Source: Lytechinus pictus
Taxonomy: Eukaryota
Reading direction: 5' to 3'
Length of the DNA stretch: 64,000 bases
NCBI RefSeq assembly: GCF_037042905.1
Contig: NC_087256.1
Span: forward strand, 25,172,001-25,236,000
Shown: positions 60,901 through 64,000 of the stretch, one piece after another
How positions within the stretch are numbered: the stretch's first letter is position 1
Layout: every line of letters starts with the position of its first letter
Program-made: the position numbers and the translations under genes
The notes under the pieces: generated by a model
What the model was told of the DNA's origin: nothing
Databases searched by the model: none
The model's input: the letters and a program-made list of their open reading frames with translations, nothing else

Positions 60901-63416
60901 AGAACAAAACTTCAAAACCCGTGGTGTAAATGCTGATTATCAAAACTTGTTAGATTTTTTTTTTTTTCACTTGAATTTATTACAGAATCCATGATGTAGA
61001 GAATGCTACGGCTGATGGTGTTCTGCAAGCAGTTGACAGCATTTTCAACCAGCACACCCATCCAGACTGGAAGAACAACCTTGTGGCCTTTTGTGCAGAT
61101 GGAGCAAGTGTGAACTTCGGCTGCAGGGGAGGTGAGCTTCATGGATATTATGATACCAGTTTATGCTACATATACTCATTTTCAATAAATATACACATTT
61201 ATAAAAATACATTCTTTCAAATTTTAAAAATATATTTTCATTATTATCATAACAGTAACTGCTTTGTAATTTATATTATTCTAGTGTTTTTCCATGAGTG
61301 ATATTTAATACAGACTACAGAGTAATATTTCCAGTCACAAGGAGTTTATTAATAAGAGACAAGCGTGTCTATGAGCTGAGTCTAAATCAGTTACTCTACT
61401 GCATAATACTAATAGATACTTAATAAATACTTAATAAATTAAAAACAGAATTTCACATAAATAAATATTAAAGAAAAAACATTCACAATTTCACACATTC
61501 TACTTCACATTCAGTCATTCACAATAATTCCTAATTCCTATTCCCATTCAATATTTGCAAATAATGTTCATTCCAAATTTCCAATCATTTGAATTAAAAA
61601 ACAAAAAAATCCATTCTACTTTCAGGTGTTGTCACCAAACTACAAAATGAAATGCCCTGGGTGGTCGGCATACATTGCATCGCACATCGGCTGGAGCTGG
61701 CAGCCAAGGATGCCTTCAAGGACACCTTCTTCACCAAAGAGGTACATGTGTACTTATAAAATACTTCATACATAAAGAGTAAGTTATAAAGTTTAGATTA
61801 AGAGTTACAAACCAGTAAACATAAACACAGAACGTTTCAGAATTAAAATGTTAGTTGTTACAGTAGAGTAGACTAGTTACAGACTTACATACAGTGGACT
61901 CTTCAATCTTGTTTATAATGAACTCAGAATTAGAAAAAGCTTAGATTTGGACATTGAAACTTGGGGAGCAGAACAAGTACAGTCAGTCATTCACTTTTAT
62001 AGATCAAAAATATGTTATATCAGGATTTAAAAAAACATTTAGATTTCTATAAATAAATTTTGAAGCATGGGAATTGGAACCAGAAGAGTTACTCTCTTAT
62101 ATAACAGGATTTTGTTTAAGATATCAGTGTACAATTTTCAAAATTCAGATTGTGTATTTGTATTCTTCATTAATGGGAGTTCTCTGTATTAATATTCCTA
62201 TTTCTTTTTTTTCTCTCAGATTGACTCTTTCTTGAGCACCTATGCTGCATTCTACAGGAAGTCTCCCAAAAGAGTGCGGGAGCTTCACGACATGGCTGAC
62301 CTCCTCAATGAGCAGATTCTTCGACCGACCCGCGCAGATGGGACGAGATGGGTCGAACATAGGAGGAGAGCGTTGAAAGCTCTTGACAGGAACTATGTAG
62401 CTGTGACAGCTCATCTTGTTGAGCTTGGAAGCGAGCAGAGGGCGGATGTAAAGAAAGAGGATGCTGCTAAGGCGAGGGGGATGCTAAAAAAGATGTCGAC
62501 ACAAACCTTCATCTATCACATGGCCCTCTATATGGACATCCTAGAAGAACTCTCTCAAGTCTCTCTGGTTTTCCAGATAGAGGACAGCTCCCTGGCTGAG
62601 GTGGTGGAGGTGTTGGGGACAACTGTCAAAGTTGTCCAGGACATGTGCAACAAAGATGGTCCTCATCTCCACTCTGTGAAGAGAAAATGCCTTGACGATG
62701 GGAGCTACAGAGGTCATTCATTAACTGGTTTTACAGCAGGGCATGCAGAGTTTGATGCCTCTCGACCAGCTTGCCTTGAGCCATTGATCAGATGCCTGGA
62801 GGAGAGGTTCTCATCGTTCAAGGACAGCAGGATCTTCGAAGCAGTTACATCGCTCAACCCAACGACCTGGCCAGAGGATCTCAAGGACCTAGATGACAAG
62901 GTAGACGATGGTGTTAGAGTCCTCATTGACCACTTCGAGACTCCTCTGGTGGCACATGGATGTGATCCAGCAGCAGTCATGGCAGAGTGGATCCGCCTGA
63001 AGAAGGTTCTGCAGATGTACTTCAAGCCTGGAATGTCGTGGAAGAACTTGTGGGGCACCCTTTTCCGCAGACGCCAGAATGACTTCCCGAACTTCTTTCA
63101 TGTCATGGAGATTGTCCAAGTCCTACCTTTTGCTACAGCAATTGTGGAACGCGGCTTTTCCTTAATGAACAGAATCAAGACCGACTGGAGGGTACGACTT
63201 CATACTACCACTCTCGACGATCTGATGGCCATCTCGTTAGAAGGCCCAGCTGAAGAAACCTACACCACTGACTCTGCTGTCACCAGGTGGTTTAAAGCAG
63301 GAAAGACGACCAGACGACCATGGGTAGAACCCTATGGTCCCAGGCCAGCAGATGCCACTCATGCCACTGAATCGGATCATTCAGATGACAGTGAATCAGG
63401 TCCCAGTCAGGACTAG
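57985..63416 (+). CDS. hAT transposase, ZNF862-like (TTF-type zinc finger, DDE, hATC dimerisation domain), 6 exons, 735 aa, intact
   Basis: Exons 57985-58173, 59338-59500, 60020-60416, 60986-61131, 61626-61741, 62220-63416 total 2208 nt with no internal stop. Motifs CVAC..RHGQSDGH, ILIDGSTD, CADGAS, HCIAHRLEL, GTRW, VERGFS. The exon 1-2 junction is the least certain. Confidence 0.9.
58756..59031 (-). mobile_element. tRNA-derived SINE inside intron 1 of the hAT transposase
   Basis: Head nearly identical to 41646-41790 in reverse; (AAT)n end. Confidence 0.85.
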
Positions 63417-64000
63417 CCAGGCCCAGTAGCCATCGTACAAGCTGGGGGAAGAGTAAAATTAAAGATTAAAGATGTTATGCGATACAGTGATAAGCATTTC
63501 TCTTCAAAATCATTTCAGGAGTACATCTTATTCTTACTTTGTATATAGTGCTATTACTGCTATACTTATTACTTATACTATGATTACAACTTACAAGTAC
63601 TCTCAGATAGTCAGATTATTTGCAGATATACTTTATATTCTCAAATGCAGATACTACAGGGTAATTTCTTAAGTTCACTAACTTCACTACTCACTAGTTC
63701 AGTCCTTAGAGAACTCATTTAAGTAAACTGAATTTAAGACATTGATCTTTTAGTGAATCAGTATGTCTGTATCTATCATTTGATCTGGCTTAAGCTTTAA
63801 CCCATCATGTTAGGATCGTTAGCCAATGAGCCTGTCAGGGAAGATAACATGAACTTGAACCCACAAATCAAAAGCAAATTACAAAGTCAAACTGTTTATG
63901 ATGAAAAAATGTGTCTGATAAAAAATTACCATACATTGTATGTCTATTGTCTAGTCAATTATGGTGCTCTTGACAAATTTATGATCATTGCTTAGGAAAT

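Larger units (their letters stand above)
57335..64000 (+). mobile_element. Putatively autonomous hAT transposon in eRF1 intron 4 (right end outside the window)
   Basis: Candidate left end CAGGGCAACCAAAAAATT at 57335 opens a CpG-rich subterminal region that leads into an intact transposase. TIR and TSD cannot be confirmed in this window. Confidence 0.7.

Overview
AT-rich, intron-rich animal genomic DNA; the style of the repeats suggests an echinoderm or similar marine invertebrate (inference, not proven). Three host genes were reconstructed by hand from splice sites and recalled homology. WDR11 contributes its 3' 13 coding exons (+, 2739-22569), and its last intron is a U12-type AT-AC intron. 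THOC3 is complete with 6 exons (-, 38031-44945). eRF1/ETF1 contributes its first 4 coding exons (+, 49266-57061); its GGQ exon lies beyond the window. Introns and intergenic DNA hold many transposons: LINE remnants, tRNA-head SINEs, Harbinger-, Kolobok- and hAT-type MITEs, a P-like element nested in a Tc1/mariner-type element, and a deleted MULE. The most unusual items are: (1) a ~129-bp tandem array made of copies of a WDR11 intron/exon junction, placed in front of the real exon; (2) an intact, spliced 735-aa hAT transposase in sense orientation inside eRF1 intron 4, with acceptors in phase with eRF1, so it could act as an exon trap or make a fusion; (3) stacked alternative acceptors in eRF1 intron 2; (4) a disrupted orphan zinc-finger gene whose frame is restored when a MITE is removed. 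No database searches were run, so family names come from recalled motifs.
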